A stretch of 64,000 bases of DNA from an uncultured bacterium (lineage in GTDB: Bacteria > Babelota > Babeliae > Babelales > Babelaceae). The DNA lies in contig OY970209.1 in NCBI GenBank assembly GCA_963713855.1, forward strand, positions 800,001 through 864,000, written 5' to 3'. A model generated the notes under the pieces. The model was not told the DNA's origin. It was given only the letters and a program-made list of their open reading frames with translations, and did no database searches. Below are positions 28,357-38,512 of this stretch, in pieces. Each line of letters starts with the position of its first letter. Positions within the stretch are counted from its first letter, which is position 1. Made by a program: the position numbers and the translations under genes.

Positions 28357-30336
28357 ATGTTTACAATAACTCGCATGCTTGCTTTATGGATGGGCTTTTT
28401 AGGTTGCATGACATTTGGTATGGAAGAAACTCCAAGCGGGTTGACTCCCCCATCGCTAGGGCTCGGCAAGTATGAGCCGGAGGAGAGAATTCCCCGGTTT
28501 ATAACTGAGCCCGACACTGCTCTATTATTTCATCTATGGTGTGTTCAAAGGGATGAGATGGTTATCGATGTTGACTTTACTGAATGGCTTATTAAAAATG
28601 GATATATAGACCCAGTCACACGTCTTGGACCTTTGGGGCAAACTCCTGCGCACTATGCCCTTATTTTGGCTCAAGATTCGTTTCAAGTTCTTTCTCAACT
28701 GCGTGATAGGGGGGAATCCTTACAAACTCCGGACAGGCTTGGCAGGCTGCCGATACATTATGCAGCATTTTATAACTTGAGAATGGTTATGGGTATTCTA
28801 GTACCTGAAGGCTCAGATAACGCGACTGTTAGCGGAGTTATCAATGCAGTAGATAAAGAGGGAAGAACGCCATTATTCTATGCCGCGCAAGGCGGCGCCA
28901 CATCAGTCATCTTGTATTTAACGTTTAATCACAGTCGCAATCTTTTACTTAATCTGAGAGATCCTCAGGGTGCATCGGTGATGCACTATGGTATGTTGAG
29001 CCGCAACGTGGAAACAGTTCTTTATTTAAGCAAACTTTTTTCAGAGATGCCAAAAGAAGATGCTCAAGGCAGAACACCAGTGCATTACGCGGCTTTTGTC
29101 GGATTTACAGATTTATTTGAATCTCTTGCTGACGTTGAAGAAGAACGGAGCGGGTTTCCAGGCGTAGATCCGTGCGATCGCGATAAGAAAGGCAACACTA
29201 TTTTTCATTACGCAGCACTTAAAAGCGAGGGGCATCTAATTGTCAGAGAGTCTCCCATAGGTAATAATAACAATGACCTTTTTGTGCCAAATAATGATGG
29301 GGAAATTCCTGCTTTTGTAGCTTTAGAAAATGGCTGGGCGGACTTGGCAGATGCTCTATTTAGAGAACAGCTTTCAGCGGGAAGTTTAGGGAATGTAGAA
29401 AAATTACTAGCTTATGGCATGGATATCTCGGAGCTTCAAGATGTGAAAGAAGGAAATAAATCAACAAGCCTGGTCGATTTATATTTGCGCCCAGACGCTA
29501 ATATTAACTATGTGAGAGAATTTTTTTCATGGGGAATTAATTGGCGACATAGAAAAGAGCTTGACAGGGAATTATTGCGGGCTTTTTCCGATCTTGAGCT
29601 TGAATACACTCAGCTTAACAATGAAGAATTGCCCTTCTGGCAATTGCCGTTATGGTGCCTGCCCTGTTTTTATGAGCAAAGAGAAAGAGCAATTGAGGCA
29701 CAAATTCGTCACACTCGAGATTATGTTAATAGTCCAAACGCGGAGATTAGACAATACGTAAGTCGTCTTATAAGTGAAACCTTATTAATAGCAATGGCTT
29801 ATGGCCACGAAAGTCTCGTTGAACAGATTCTAGCTTTAGTAAGCGATAGGGATGATAAAGGGAACGTAAGGTATTATGTCGATCGGGGTGTTCTGAGTAA
29901 CCTTTTTTTGAGGAGTGTTTTGGCTTCGCCGGAGGCTCTGTCAGCTATGTACAATCGTATAGCGACCCTTTTAAATGAAGAAGAACTGAAAAATTTAGTA
30001 GATAGAGCGTTTTTCATAGCATTCGGTCAACGTCGATTTAATAGTTTGGTATTTGCGATTGAACACGGAGCACATATCCCCGATAGAATCCGTTTGCATA
30101 ACAGACTACTCATCGTGCGACCTACTGATAATGCTCAAGAAGAACTACAATCAACGCCTGATGATTACGACCGCATGCTCGTCTTTCTAAGAAACTTGGG
30201 GACTAACTATCGAACGATGCTTTTGGTCAATCAACGGCTTGCTAGCGTTAACAATGCACAGCCGCTGCCAACGGAACTTATACTCTTCATCATGGGTCTT
30301 TATATGTACGGCTTTTTCAATAACCATAGCTTATAG
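28357..30336 (+). CDS. Secreted ankyrin-repeat protein with C-terminal F-box-like motif
   Basis: GQTPAHYA, GRLPIHYAA, GRTPLFYAA, GRTPVHYAA, GNTIFHYAA; C-terminal LPTELILFIMGL. Confidence 0.88.
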   Translation: MFTITRMLALWMGFLGCMTFGMEETPSGLTPPSLGLGKYEPEERIPRFITEPDTALLFHLWCVQRDEMVIDVDFTEWLIKNGYIDPVTRLGPLGQTPAHYALILAQDSFQVLSQLRDRGESLQTPDRLGRLPIHYAAFYNLRMVMGILVPEGSDNATVSGVINAVDKEGRTPLFYAAQGGATSVILYLTFNHSRNLLLNLRDPQGASVMHYGMLSRNVETVLYLSKLFSEMPKEDAQGRTPVHYAAFVGFTDLFESLADVEEERSGFPGVDPCDRDKKGNTIFHYAALKSEGHLIVRESPIGNNNNDLFVPNNDGEIPAFVALENGWADLADALFREQLSAGSLGNVEKLLAYGMDISELQDVKEGNKSTSLVDLYLRPDANINYVREFFSWGINWRHRKELDRELLRAFSDLELEYTQLNNEELPFWQLPLWCLPCFYEQRERAIEAQIRHTRDYVNSPNAEIRQYVSRLISETLLIAMAYGHESLVEQILALVSDRDDKGNVRYYVDRGVLSNLFLRSVLASPEALSAMYNRIATLLNEEELKNLVDRAFFIAFGQRRFNSLVFAIEHGAHIPDRIRLHNRLLIVRPTDNAQEELQSTPDDYDRMLVFLRNLGTNYRTMLLVNQRLASVNNAQPLPTELILFIMGLYMYGFFNNHSL

Positions 30337-30368
30337 AAAACAGGGGGCTTTAGGCCCCCTTTAATAAT

Positions 30369-31493
30369 TTAAAAGAACAGAGAACGTATATCTTTATAGC
30401 TTAAGAATAAAAATAGGAAAAGAACTAATATCCAGCTTGCGTAGTGAATACCGAGTCGAATGGCGTCAGGTAAAGATCTTCCGATCACTGCTTCAATAGA
30501 ATAAAAGAGAATCTGTCCTCCATCTAAGATTGGAAGTGGTAGCAGATTTAGGATTGCTAAATTGACGCTAATAAGGATAAGGATAAGAAGCCATACTTTA
30601 AAGCCTTGTTGTGCGCTTTTAGTAATTTGAGAGATGATGCTTACAGGACCACCTAACCCTTCAGTCGATCTCGTTTTAAAGAGTGACGTAAATGCTTTTA
30701 TGGTCATAACAATGAGAGAATTTGTAGCGGTAACACCGGATCTTAGAGCTTGCATGAAAGACTGTGCAGGAACTTCCTTATTTGAAAATCGTACATCTAT
30801 TTTGCCAATTGTTGAGCTTCCTTCTAAGGCGGGTTGTATCTTGACTGGTAATGTCAAGTGTTGATCTTTGCGTTGTATACCAAACATTATTTCTTGGCCA
30901 GGCGATGAGCGGATTGTCTGAAGTAGAAGCATGCGATCATTATGAAGAGGTTGATTATTTACGCTTGTAATGATATCACCGGCTTGTATGCCAGCGGCTT
31001 TGGCAGCGCCGCCGTCAATGACCGTTTCTACTCTTGTCGTCGTATTAATCTGATAGAGCGAAAGACCAACTTTAGGAAGACCCAGAGCAAATAAGAGAAT
31101 GAAGCTTACGTAGGCAAAAATGAGATTGAAAAGTATTCCGCCTAATAGAATGAGGAGTTTTTGATAATAGGGTTTTGCAGCAAAAGATCTTTCATCTTGC
31201 CTGTACGCCTCTTTTTGATCGCCTTGACCTACCTCAGCCATGCCCGCCATTTCTACGTAACCACCAAGAGGTATTGCTGACACTTTAAAAAGCGTGCCGC
31301 TGATTCTTTTCTGAATTAATGTTGGCCCCATTCCGAGCGAAAATGAAGGTACATCCACACCGAAAAATTTGGCAAAAAAGAAATGGCCGAGTTCATGGAA
31401 CCCAATTAGAAGGCCGATACCGACGATACCGGTAAAGATGTAATAAAAGGTGCTCAAAAGGGAAAAAATGTTTGATGTATTTGGTATTGCCAT
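30369..31493 (-). CDS. rseP: RIP metalloprotease RseP (M50, PDZ)
   Basis: FHELGH, AIPLGGYV, PDZ domain, NLLPLPILDGG. Confidence 0.93.
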   Translation of the reverse strand: MAIPNTSNIFSLLSTFYYIFTGIVGIGLLIGFHELGHFFFAKFFGVDVPSFSLGMGPTLIQKRISGTLFKVSAIPLGGYVEMAGMAEVGQGDQKEAYRQDERSFAAKPYYQKLLILLGGILFNLIFAYVSFILLFALGLPKVGLSLYQINTTTRVETVIDGGAAKAAGIQAGDIITSVNNQPLHNDRMLLLQTIRSSPGQEIMFGIQRKDQHLTLPVKIQPALEGSSTIGKIDVRFSNKEVPAQSFMQALRSGVTATNSLIVMTIKAFTSLFKTRSTEGLGGPVSIISQITKSAQQGFKVWLLILILISVNLAILNLLPLPILDGGQILFYSIEAVIGRSLPDAIRLGIHYASWILVLFLFLFLSYKDIRSLFF

Positions 31494-31941
31494 GCCAAAG
31501 CTCCTTGCAAATAGTGCGGCTTTAAAATTTGCTTTATTGGATAGTCTAGCACACTTCTATCAAACAGGTACAGGTATTTATGACGTAATAGCTGAGAGCT
31601 TTAACGTACTTGATTTTTTATAAAGGAAGGATTTCAACACCCGAAAGAGTATTACTCAACAATTGCTTGCCGCGAGTTGAGAGGCATCGCCAAAATGGAT
31701 AAAAACCAATATTTTAGTTTTATTGCGTATCCTCGTTGAACTTTGGACTGATTTCGATATAGATAACCGTTGATTTAGGGCAAATCAAACATCGTAGCTA
31801 TAGCAAATAGTACTAATTAAAGAGATTTAGAATGTGCTTTTCTTTATTAGCTTGGCAGCATATGCCTAACGATTACTAATCTGGGACTATGAGCAACTGT
31901 TGACCTATTTAATCTAATTATTATAGTATAATGGAAATAAA

Positions 31942-32382
31942 ATGAAGGAGTTTGAAATGCTAAGAATAATGGGTATCGTTTCTATTTTATCGATGACTCT
32001 TTTTTGCTACGGAGAAAATTATCGGTTCTGTAATTTAACTGCTGAACCTATAGAAGTAGAGGCGGAATTTACTATTTTACCGCTTTTACAAAAAGTATAT
32101 TCCTTAGCCGGATGGTCTCAAGAGGAAGCCTGCAAAAAATCTATACAACGTTTTAAGGTCATGCCCCGCACTCATCACGACTTAGAATCATGTGCCAGGC
32201 TTCATCGAAAAGGGGTATATGTTAATGGGAAAAGACTAAATTTTGTGTGGAGTCTTAAGAATTTCTTCACGGGCGGTACGACAATGTATATCACTGGAAG
32301 AAAGCAAGGTGATGTGATGAATTTTGAGGCTAGACATAAGAACGGGATATATGATTGCTCAGAGCAGGCTATGATCGATTAA
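31942..32382 (+). CDS. Secreted hypothetical protein
   Basis: Signal peptide; TTGACC...TAGTAT promoter-like sequence upstream. Confidence 0.65.
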   Translation: MKEFEMLRIMGIVSILSMTLFCYGENYRFCNLTAEPIEVEAEFTILPLLQKVYSLAGWSQEEACKKSIQRFKVMPRTHHDLESCARLHRKGVYVNGKRLNFVWSLKNFFTGGTTMYITGRKQGDVMNFEARHKNGIYDCSEQAMID

Positions 32383-32449
32383 GTTTACTTAATGCTTAAT
32401 ATACCTTATCAGTTTAAGTGGGGGTAGTTCACTGGCTATTCTGGCAAAA

Positions 32450-32486
32450 AAAATAAGCGGCCACTGCAAAAGTGGCCGCTTATTTT
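32450..32486. terminator. Bidirectional terminator
   Basis: aaaataagcggccact-gcaaa-agtggccgcttatttt. Confidence 0.8.
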
Positions 32487-32492
32487 ACATAT

Positions 32493-32903
32493 TTAACGTC
32501 TTGCTTTAGCCTTTTTGAGAGCTTTTAAGCAGCGAGCTCTTTTCTTCTTTGAACGAATGGCAGAACATTCTGTCTTTAGCTTATTTTTGTTTGTTTTAAT
32601 TTTTCTTAAAGTCCTGTGAATTTTGGTAGCTTTGTACTTTTTAGAAGGGCTAGTAGTTAGTTTTACCGATACTTTCATCCGACGCGTTGGGGCTTTGCTT
32701 TCTAGATAGTCCTCGAGTGTTTTGCCTTCTTTTAATGCCCTCATAGACTCCATCATATATCTTTCTCGTATCTGCTTATGAGAATCACGTATCTCAAATT
32801 GAAGTGCAGATGTAGATCCCAGAGAAATTCCTGCTTTACTACTATAAGCAGCCAGCAAAGAAATCATAGAAAAAGTAAATACTACATAATTTCTGAGTGC
32901 CAT
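32493..32903 (-). CDS. Secreted, highly basic hypothetical protein
   Basis: Signal peptide; Lys/Arg-rich C-terminal half. Confidence 0.7.
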   Translation of the reverse strand: MALRNYVVFTFSMISLLAAYSSKAGISLGSTSALQFEIRDSHKQIRERYMMESMRALKEGKTLEDYLESKAPTRRMKVSVKLTTSPSKKYKATKIHRTLRKIKTNKNKLKTECSAIRSKKKRARCLKALKKAKARR

Positions 32904-33175
32904 CGTTATTCCTTATTTCCTATATAGTTAATAAACTATTTGTTAAATACCTTTAATAGTATAACTTAGTTTAAAAATATCTCAAGAAAACAGTTTTGGT
33001 GATAATGCCGCGCTTAAAAAACTCTAGAAATAACAAAGCGAGCCTTAGGTCATTTGGAAAGGATTTACGAGAGGAGAAAGAGGCCGTACCAGAGCACTGC
33101 AGTTGCTTGATACGGCCTCTTTCTTTAGCATAGCCAATCAAATGGAGTAGATGTCTGTTTATTTCAAGTATCTTT

Positions 33176-33604
33176 TTAGCCTTCTAAGCAAACCTGGCAC
33201 GCTTTTATAGTTGTCTGACAGGCTAAAAGGCACGAAGAAACGGCCCGTACACATGTTGGCCCATGCTCAGATTCAAGCTCTGGGAGTGTTGGTTCTGTCG
33301 CCTCGCATTGCCTAACTGCCTCCTGGCAGGCACTAATACACTCTTTACACGCTTTAATGCATGCCTCAACTTTTTTGATTGTCGCCGCATCTACACACGT
33401 TTTTAAAAACTCGTTCATGTGTTTTATACAGTGGGTGCATGCCGCAATACAATCACGGCAGTTATCATAAAGCTGCTGATCTGTAGCAAGCACTCCTCTA
33501 GTACGATTGCTGTCTATAATTTTCTCGCAGATATCACGGCAGTGCATGCAGCTATGTATACACTCCTGACAAGCCTCGCGTTGAGCTTTGCTCATGATAT
33601 CCAT
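33176..33604 (-). CDS. Cys-rich four-helix-bundle copper-storage-like protein (Csp/DUF326-like)
   Basis: Helical CxxCxxxCxxCxxxC spacing in four blocks; no signal peptide. Confidence 0.65.
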   Translation of the reverse strand: MDIMSKAQREACQECIHSCMHCRDICEKIIDSNRTRGVLATDQQLYDNCRDCIAACTHCIKHMNEFLKTCVDAATIKKVEACIKACKECISACQEAVRQCEATEPTLPELESEHGPTCVRAVSSCLLACQTTIKACQVCLEG

Positions 33605-33881
33605 ACCATTTTCCTTACCCCTTAGAAAGTTCACTTTCTTTGTAGTATAAAAGTGAGTCCCGGGTCAAGATTTCGATTTTTATGCTAATGCTTTTTTAGT
33701 CACTCTTCTTTTAGCGATTTTCGCACGCTAGTTCCATTCTAGCTCACTTTTCCGATTCACGAACGAACACATTTATGTTTATTTATATTTGTCAAAAATA
33801 TTGACTTTATAAAATAAAATCGAATATTATAAAAAGTAGAAAGCAGCATTGATAATATATTGATAATATAAGGAGTACTGT

Positions 33882-34331
33882 ATGAAACCTTTTTACTTAC
33901 TGATGCTCTTTGGATGTGTGATGACAGAATGGACTTTTGGTGCATGTTCCGACCCAAATTTGGTAAATGACTCGAGGGGTAGCTGCTGTTTGCCTAATAA
34001 ACTCAATACGAAGGCGAATTTGTGTTGTCCGGATAATGCCGATTTTAACAGCCGAACAGCCGTTTGTTGCCCAAAAGAATATCCTAAAGCTGTCTTGGGA
34101 ACGTGTTGTACCTCAGAAAATTCTGATGCTAAATGTGTCGATGCAAAAGGAAAAGTATGCCCCACTGGCAACATGAATCGAGCAAAGAATAGTTGTTGCG
34201 ATGCTCCGTATAACCCCGTAGCTCATGTTTGCTGTACGAAGGAATTTCCTCTCGCTGCCGATCTCATAAATGGCGTATGCTGTTCAGATACTACTGGGCA
34301 GTTTTGCATAACTCCACGCGGAGCTCGATAA
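33882..34331 (+). CDS. Secreted Cys-rich protein with CC-motif repeats
   Basis: AAGGAG RBS, signal peptide, repeated CC pairs (NLCCP, AVCCP, SCCDAPYNPVAHVCC). Confidence 0.8.
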   Translation: MKPFYLLMLFGCVMTEWTFGACSDPNLVNDSRGSCCLPNKLNTKANLCCPDNADFNSRTAVCCPKEYPKAVLGTCCTSENSDAKCVDAKGKVCPTGNMNRAKNSCCDAPYNPVAHVCCTKEFPLAADLINGVCCSDTTGQFCITPRGAR

Positions 34332-34450
34332 TCTTAGGTTAAAATTCACGCGCAGAAAGTTATGACAATTTTTTGCAAAATGCTTTTATCAATGTATACT
34401 AGTAGGCAATTATCATTAACACTTTAACCTATTACTTTAAAGGAATTGCC

Positions 34451-34585
34451 ATGAAGCATTGTAATAATGCTAAAGCGCAGCCTAATTGTACGTCCCTTTT
34501 TGCAGAATGCCGCATATCTCTTGCTTCTTCTCTTTATCCTTACCTACCCCTTCTACTTATTATTGTGGCAATTAGCCCACTGTAA
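34451..34585 (+). CDS. Small 44-aa ORF, possible leader peptide
   Basis: AAGGA RBS; ends ...YLPLLLIIVAISPL*. Confidence 0.4.
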   Translation: MKHCNNAKAQPNCTSLFAECRISLASSLYPYLPLLLIIVAISPL

Positions 34586-34708
34586 ACTTTTTTACCTTAC
34601 CCTTTTTTTACATTAAACATTAGTCTTTTAGGCGTTTACGCTTTAAAAGCTTAAAGATAACAACAGTATATTTTTGCTAAAGAAATATATTTTACGTGAG
34701 TTTTTACT

Positions 34709-35086
34709 ATGAAAATGAGACACATAGCTGTCATGGTGCTCTTTGTGAGCTCGGCAGCTTCTTCGACTATGGAACGTCCGTATGACAATCATGTAATGGA
34801 CTCAATAAGAGCGGTTACAACGGTCGGTGCTGCAGGTTCAGGCATTGCATATCTTATTGCGCACTATGTGCAGGGCATGAATCAGGCGGCTGGTACTTTA
34901 CCCAAAACTTATACAATGTATGGGTTTAAGAACCCTCCATATAGATACTTATCGATGTTTTTTGCGTTCACAACATTTAATGCGGTTGCGGGCAATATAT
35001 GCGCCAATCCTTTAGTACATAAATTGTTTATGGCTCTTTTGAGAGCTGCTTACAAAGATCACATTAGTTCCGATAAAGAGCTTTAA
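34709..35086 (+). CDS. Hypothetical secreted or membrane protein
   Basis: Signal peptide plus hydrophobic segments; ends 10 nt upstream of ilvE. Confidence 0.65.
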   Translation: MKMRHIAVMVLFVSSAASSTMERPYDNHVMDSIRAVTTVGAAGSGIAYLIAHYVQGMNQAAGTLPKTYTMYGFKNPPYRYLSMFFAFTTFNAVAGNICANPLVHKLFMALLRAAYKDHISSDKEL

Positions 35087-35096
35087 GAGGAAAAAT

Positions 35097-36215
35097 ATGA
35101 AAAAGATAGCATTGTTTTGCTTAATGGGCTTTGCGCAATTTTGTAGGACCGAAATTCCTATAGAGCGTAGTGCGACACCCACAAATCCGCCTGCCGATAT
35201 ACACAAAGTACCTTTTGGGTCAATCTTTTCTGACCATATGTTTGTTATGGACTGGACTCAAGAAAAAGGATGGCACGATGCGCGTATTGAGCCATATAAG
35301 CCTTTTTTACTTGCGCCTTCATCCCATCACATGCATTATGGTTCGGAGATTTTTGAAGGGATGAAAGCCTACAGAAAGACTGATGGCAAAAAAGTCATAT
35401 TCAGGCCCCGTGATCATTTTACTCGCTTTAATGAGTCAGCTAAGCGTATGTGTATGCCTACTATCGACATCGAATTTGTGCTTAAGGCACTAAAGCTTCT
35501 TTTAATAGAAGATGAAGCATGGATACCTAAAGTGCCGGGTAGTGCGCTTTATATTCGACCTTCTATGATTTCAACCGAGGAGACAATTAACTTAAAAGTA
35601 TCTAATCGGTTTAGGTTCTTTATACTTCTTTCTCCAGTGTTTTCTCTCTATGAGGGGGGCTTTAAGCCGCTTTCTATCGTCGCAAGCGATGTATATACGC
35701 GTTCATCGATTGGCGGAGTCGGTCAAGCAAAAACGGGTGGTAATTATGCCGCAAGCATGCTTGCGACTCAGGAGGCCAAGAAAGAAGGATTTGCCCAAGT
35801 TTTGTGGCTCGATCCTCAAGAACGCAAATATGTAGAAGAAGTTGGCTCGATGAACATATTTTTTGTTATAGATGACGTTCTTATAACACCAGAGCTTACA
35901 GGAACTATTTTACCCGGCATTACAAGGCGTTCTCTCATCGAGCTTGCAAGAAAGGAAAGTATTCCTCTTATTGAGCGACGTATCGCGCTTCAAGAAGTTC
36001 TTAGCGCAATAGAAAAGGGTTCTTGTACTGAAGTGTTTGGGACAGGAACGGCCGCCGTAATAGCTCCAATTGGTAACCTTTCTTATAAAGGAAAAGAATA
36101 TGTTGTTAATAAGAATGTAACAGGCCCCAAAACCGAACGCATGTTCAAACTTATTACCGGCATTCAGCAAGGAACCGAAAAAGATTCTTTTAATTGGTTA
36201 GAAGAAATCGTATAA
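35097..36215 (+). CDS. ilvE: Branched-chain amino acid aminotransferase
   Basis: FSDHM, HYGSEIFEGMKAY, LYIRP, AKTGGNYA (PLP Lys), EEVGSMN, ILPGITR, FGTGTAAVIAP. Confidence 0.95.
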   Translation: MKKIALFCLMGFAQFCRTEIPIERSATPTNPPADIHKVPFGSIFSDHMFVMDWTQEKGWHDARIEPYKPFLLAPSSHHMHYGSEIFEGMKAYRKTDGKKVIFRPRDHFTRFNESAKRMCMPTIDIEFVLKALKLLLIEDEAWIPKVPGSALYIRPSMISTEETINLKVSNRFRFFILLSPVFSLYEGGFKPLSIVASDVYTRSSIGGVGQAKTGGNYAASMLATQEAKKEGFAQVLWLDPQERKYVEEVGSMNIFFVIDDVLITPELTGTILPGITRRSLIELARKESIPLIERRIALQEVLSAIEKGSCTEVFGTGTAAVIAPIGNLSYKGKEYVVNKNVTGPKTERMFKLITGIQQGTEKDSFNWLEEIV

Positions 36216-36318
36216 AGCACTTCCTAGATTCATAGCACTAAAGGATACTTTCGCTTTGTTCCTTTAGTGCTATGATTGTTTTTCCAGATCATATGTTTAA
36301 CGTACGCAGAGGAATTAT

Positions 36319-37470
36319 ATGATTAAGAAAACAAAAAGTGCCTCAGAGGCTCTCCAACATGCTAGGGAATATGCAGAGACTCTAGTCAGCATTAAGAAAG
36401 AAATCGCTCAGGCACAATTGAAAGCAGTAGCTGCTGCCAATAAAGAAATGGCTCTGCTCTACTGGTCAATCGGCAAAACTTTATTCGAAAGAGCAGATAA
36501 AAGTTCATGGGGAACGAGCGTTATGGAACGTTTAGCCAAAGATCTACAAACTGCTTTTCCGGGAATTGCCGGTTTTTCCAAAACTAATGTGTTTCGAATG
36601 AAGGCATTTTTTATCGCTTATTCAAAAATTCCCACGGCTGTGGGAAAATTAGAGTACTTTCCAGTCTTTAAGATCCCCTGGGGGCATAATGTGGTTTTAT
36701 TAGAAAGAATAAAAACCATCAATGAACGGCTCTGGTATGCACAAAAGACAATCGACCACGGTTGGAGCCGCAGCATGCTTGATACATGGATCAAGGCAAA
36801 ATTGTACCAAAGAGAAGGGAAGGCTATTACAAACTTTAAAAGAACCTTGCCGTCACCAAGTTCTGATCTAGCTCATCAGGCACTAAAAGACCCCTATCTT
36901 CTAGACTTTCTGAGCTTACATAAAGAGCATCTTGAAAAAGAGGTAGAAGACGGACTCGTTAGCCATATCCAAAATTTTCTTGTAGAACTTGGTCAGGGTT
37001 TTGCTTTTGTTGGTCGCCAATACCATCTTGTAGTAGACGAAAAGGATTATTATATCGATCTTCTTTTCTATAACTTTAAGCTGCGCTCCTTTGTAGTAAT
37101 TGAGCTTAAAGCGCGAGATTTTGATCCAAGGGATACGGGGCAAATAAGCTTTTACCTTGCTGCGATAGATAGTACTCTGAAACACGAGGATGATAAGCCA
37201 ACTATCGGTCTTATTCTTTGTAAGAACAAAAAAAGTCTGACGGTTGAGTATGCTTTGCGGAGCAATGTGGGACCTATTGGAGTAGCAAGCTACGAAACTC
37301 ATATTTTGGAAAATCTACCAAAAGAGTTTAAGGGAAGCCTTCCAACTATTGAGGAAATTGAGGCAGAGTTAGCAAAAAAAGACATACTCTTTAAAAAATA
37401 CGCACAAAAAACAAAGCCCGATGGCAAGCCAAAGCTAAAGAAGGTACCAACCGAGCTCTACAATGCTTAA
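36319..37470 (+). CDS. YhcG/DUF1016 PDDEXK nuclease-domain protein
   Basis: LYWSIG, PWGHN, KDPYLLDFL, ELGQGFAFVGRQ, IDLLFY, VIELK, PTIGLILC. Confidence 0.92.
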   Translation: MIKKTKSASEALQHAREYAETLVSIKKEIAQAQLKAVAAANKEMALLYWSIGKTLFERADKSSWGTSVMERLAKDLQTAFPGIAGFSKTNVFRMKAFFIAYSKIPTAVGKLEYFPVFKIPWGHNVVLLERIKTINERLWYAQKTIDHGWSRSMLDTWIKAKLYQREGKAITNFKRTLPSPSSDLAHQALKDPYLLDFLSLHKEHLEKEVEDGLVSHIQNFLVELGQGFAFVGRQYHLVVDEKDYYIDLLFYNFKLRSFVVIELKARDFDPRDTGQISFYLAAIDSTLKHEDDKPTIGLILCKNKKSLTVEYALRSNVGPIGVASYETHILENLPKEFKGSLPTIEEIEAELAKKDILFKKYAQKTKPDGKPKLKKVPTELYNA

Positions 37471-37489
37471 AAGCGAGGAGCAAACGCTC

Positions 37490-37517
37490 TTGCAAAAATC
37501 TTAATAAGTGATACTCT
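37490..37517 (+). promoter_or_regulatory. Putative sigma70 promoter of the ribosomal superoperon
   Basis: TTGCAA-N16-TACTCT with an extended TG. Confidence 0.45.
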
Positions 37518-37624
37518 AGTCATAAAGCCTTAAAAAGCTATAGTTAGATCGTTCGTATAGCGCACGATATTCTTAAGTCATTCATACAAAATAGTTAGAC
37601 GTAAAAGAGGGCGGAACCAGTCTT

Positions 37625-38008
37625 ATGCCGACGATAAATCAATTATCTCGCTCAGAGCGAGTACAGCCAAAAGAAAAAACCAAGAGTGCAGCGCTTAAAG
37701 GAAAGCCGCAGGCTCGAGGTGTCTGTGTGCGTGTTTTTACCGTGACACCAAAAAAGCCTAATTCGGCTTTGCGTAAAGTAGCACGTGTTAAGCTCTCTAC
37801 AGGAATAGAGATTACTGCGTATATCGGCGGTGAAGGTCACAACCTGCAGGAGCACTCTGTTGTTCTTGTGCGTGGTGGCAGAGTTAAAGATCTTCCCGGT
37901 GTCAAGTACCATGTCGTACGTGGAGCACTTGATGCTGCAGGTGTTGCTAACCGTAAACAAGGACGTTCGCTTTATGGCGCTAAGCGTCCAAAGGCTGCTA
38001 AAGGTTAA
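37625..38008 (+). CDS. rpsL: 30S ribosomal protein S12
   Basis: [25 protein letters not shown]. Confidence 0.98.
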   Translation: MPTINQLSRSERVQPKEKTKSAALKGKPQARGVCVRVFTVTPKKPNSALRKVARVKLSTGIEITAYIGGEGHNLQEHSVVLVRGGRVKDLPGVKYHVVRGALDAAGVANRKQGRSLYGAKRPKAAKG

Positions 38009-38019
38009 AAAGGATAATT

Positions 38020-38502
38020 ATGGCAAGACGCAAATCAGTCTCTCTTATACGTGATATTGGCGTAGATCCTCGTTTTGGTTCTCACGAGGTGGCAAAGTTT
38101 ACTAATATACTTATGGAACGTGGTAAGAAGAATATCGCACGCGGCATTCTTGATGATACCTTTACCGTTCTTACTCAAAAAATTGGTGGCGATGATGATC
38201 GCGCATTACAGCTTTTTCATAAAGCGTTACAAAATGTGATACCAAGTATTGAAGTACGCCCAAAAAGGGTTGGTGGCAGTGTCTATCAAATTCCTACAGA
38301 AGTACCTACGCGCCGTGGAAATTCCTTGGCCATGCGTTGGCTTATAGATGCAGCTGCTACACGTCATGATAAGCGTATGGGGATCAGAATAGCTAATGAG
38401 ATCCTTGAGGCAGCTGAAGGAAGAGGCAACGCGGTTAAGAAAAAGATAGATATGCATAAGATGGCCGAAGCTAATAGAGCTTTTGCCCATTATTCCTGGT
38501 AA
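38020..38502 (+). CDS. rpsG: 30S ribosomal protein S7
   Basis: RVGGSVYQIP, HKMAEANRAFAHY. Confidence 0.97.
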   Translation: MARRKSVSLIRDIGVDPRFGSHEVAKFTNILMERGKKNIARGILDDTFTVLTQKIGGDDDRALQLFHKALQNVIPSIEVRPKRVGGSVYQIPTEVPTRRGNSLAMRWLIDAAATRHDKRMGIRIANEILEAAEGRGNAVKKKIDMHKMAEANRAFAHYSW

Positions 38503-38512
38503 AAGGTGATAC

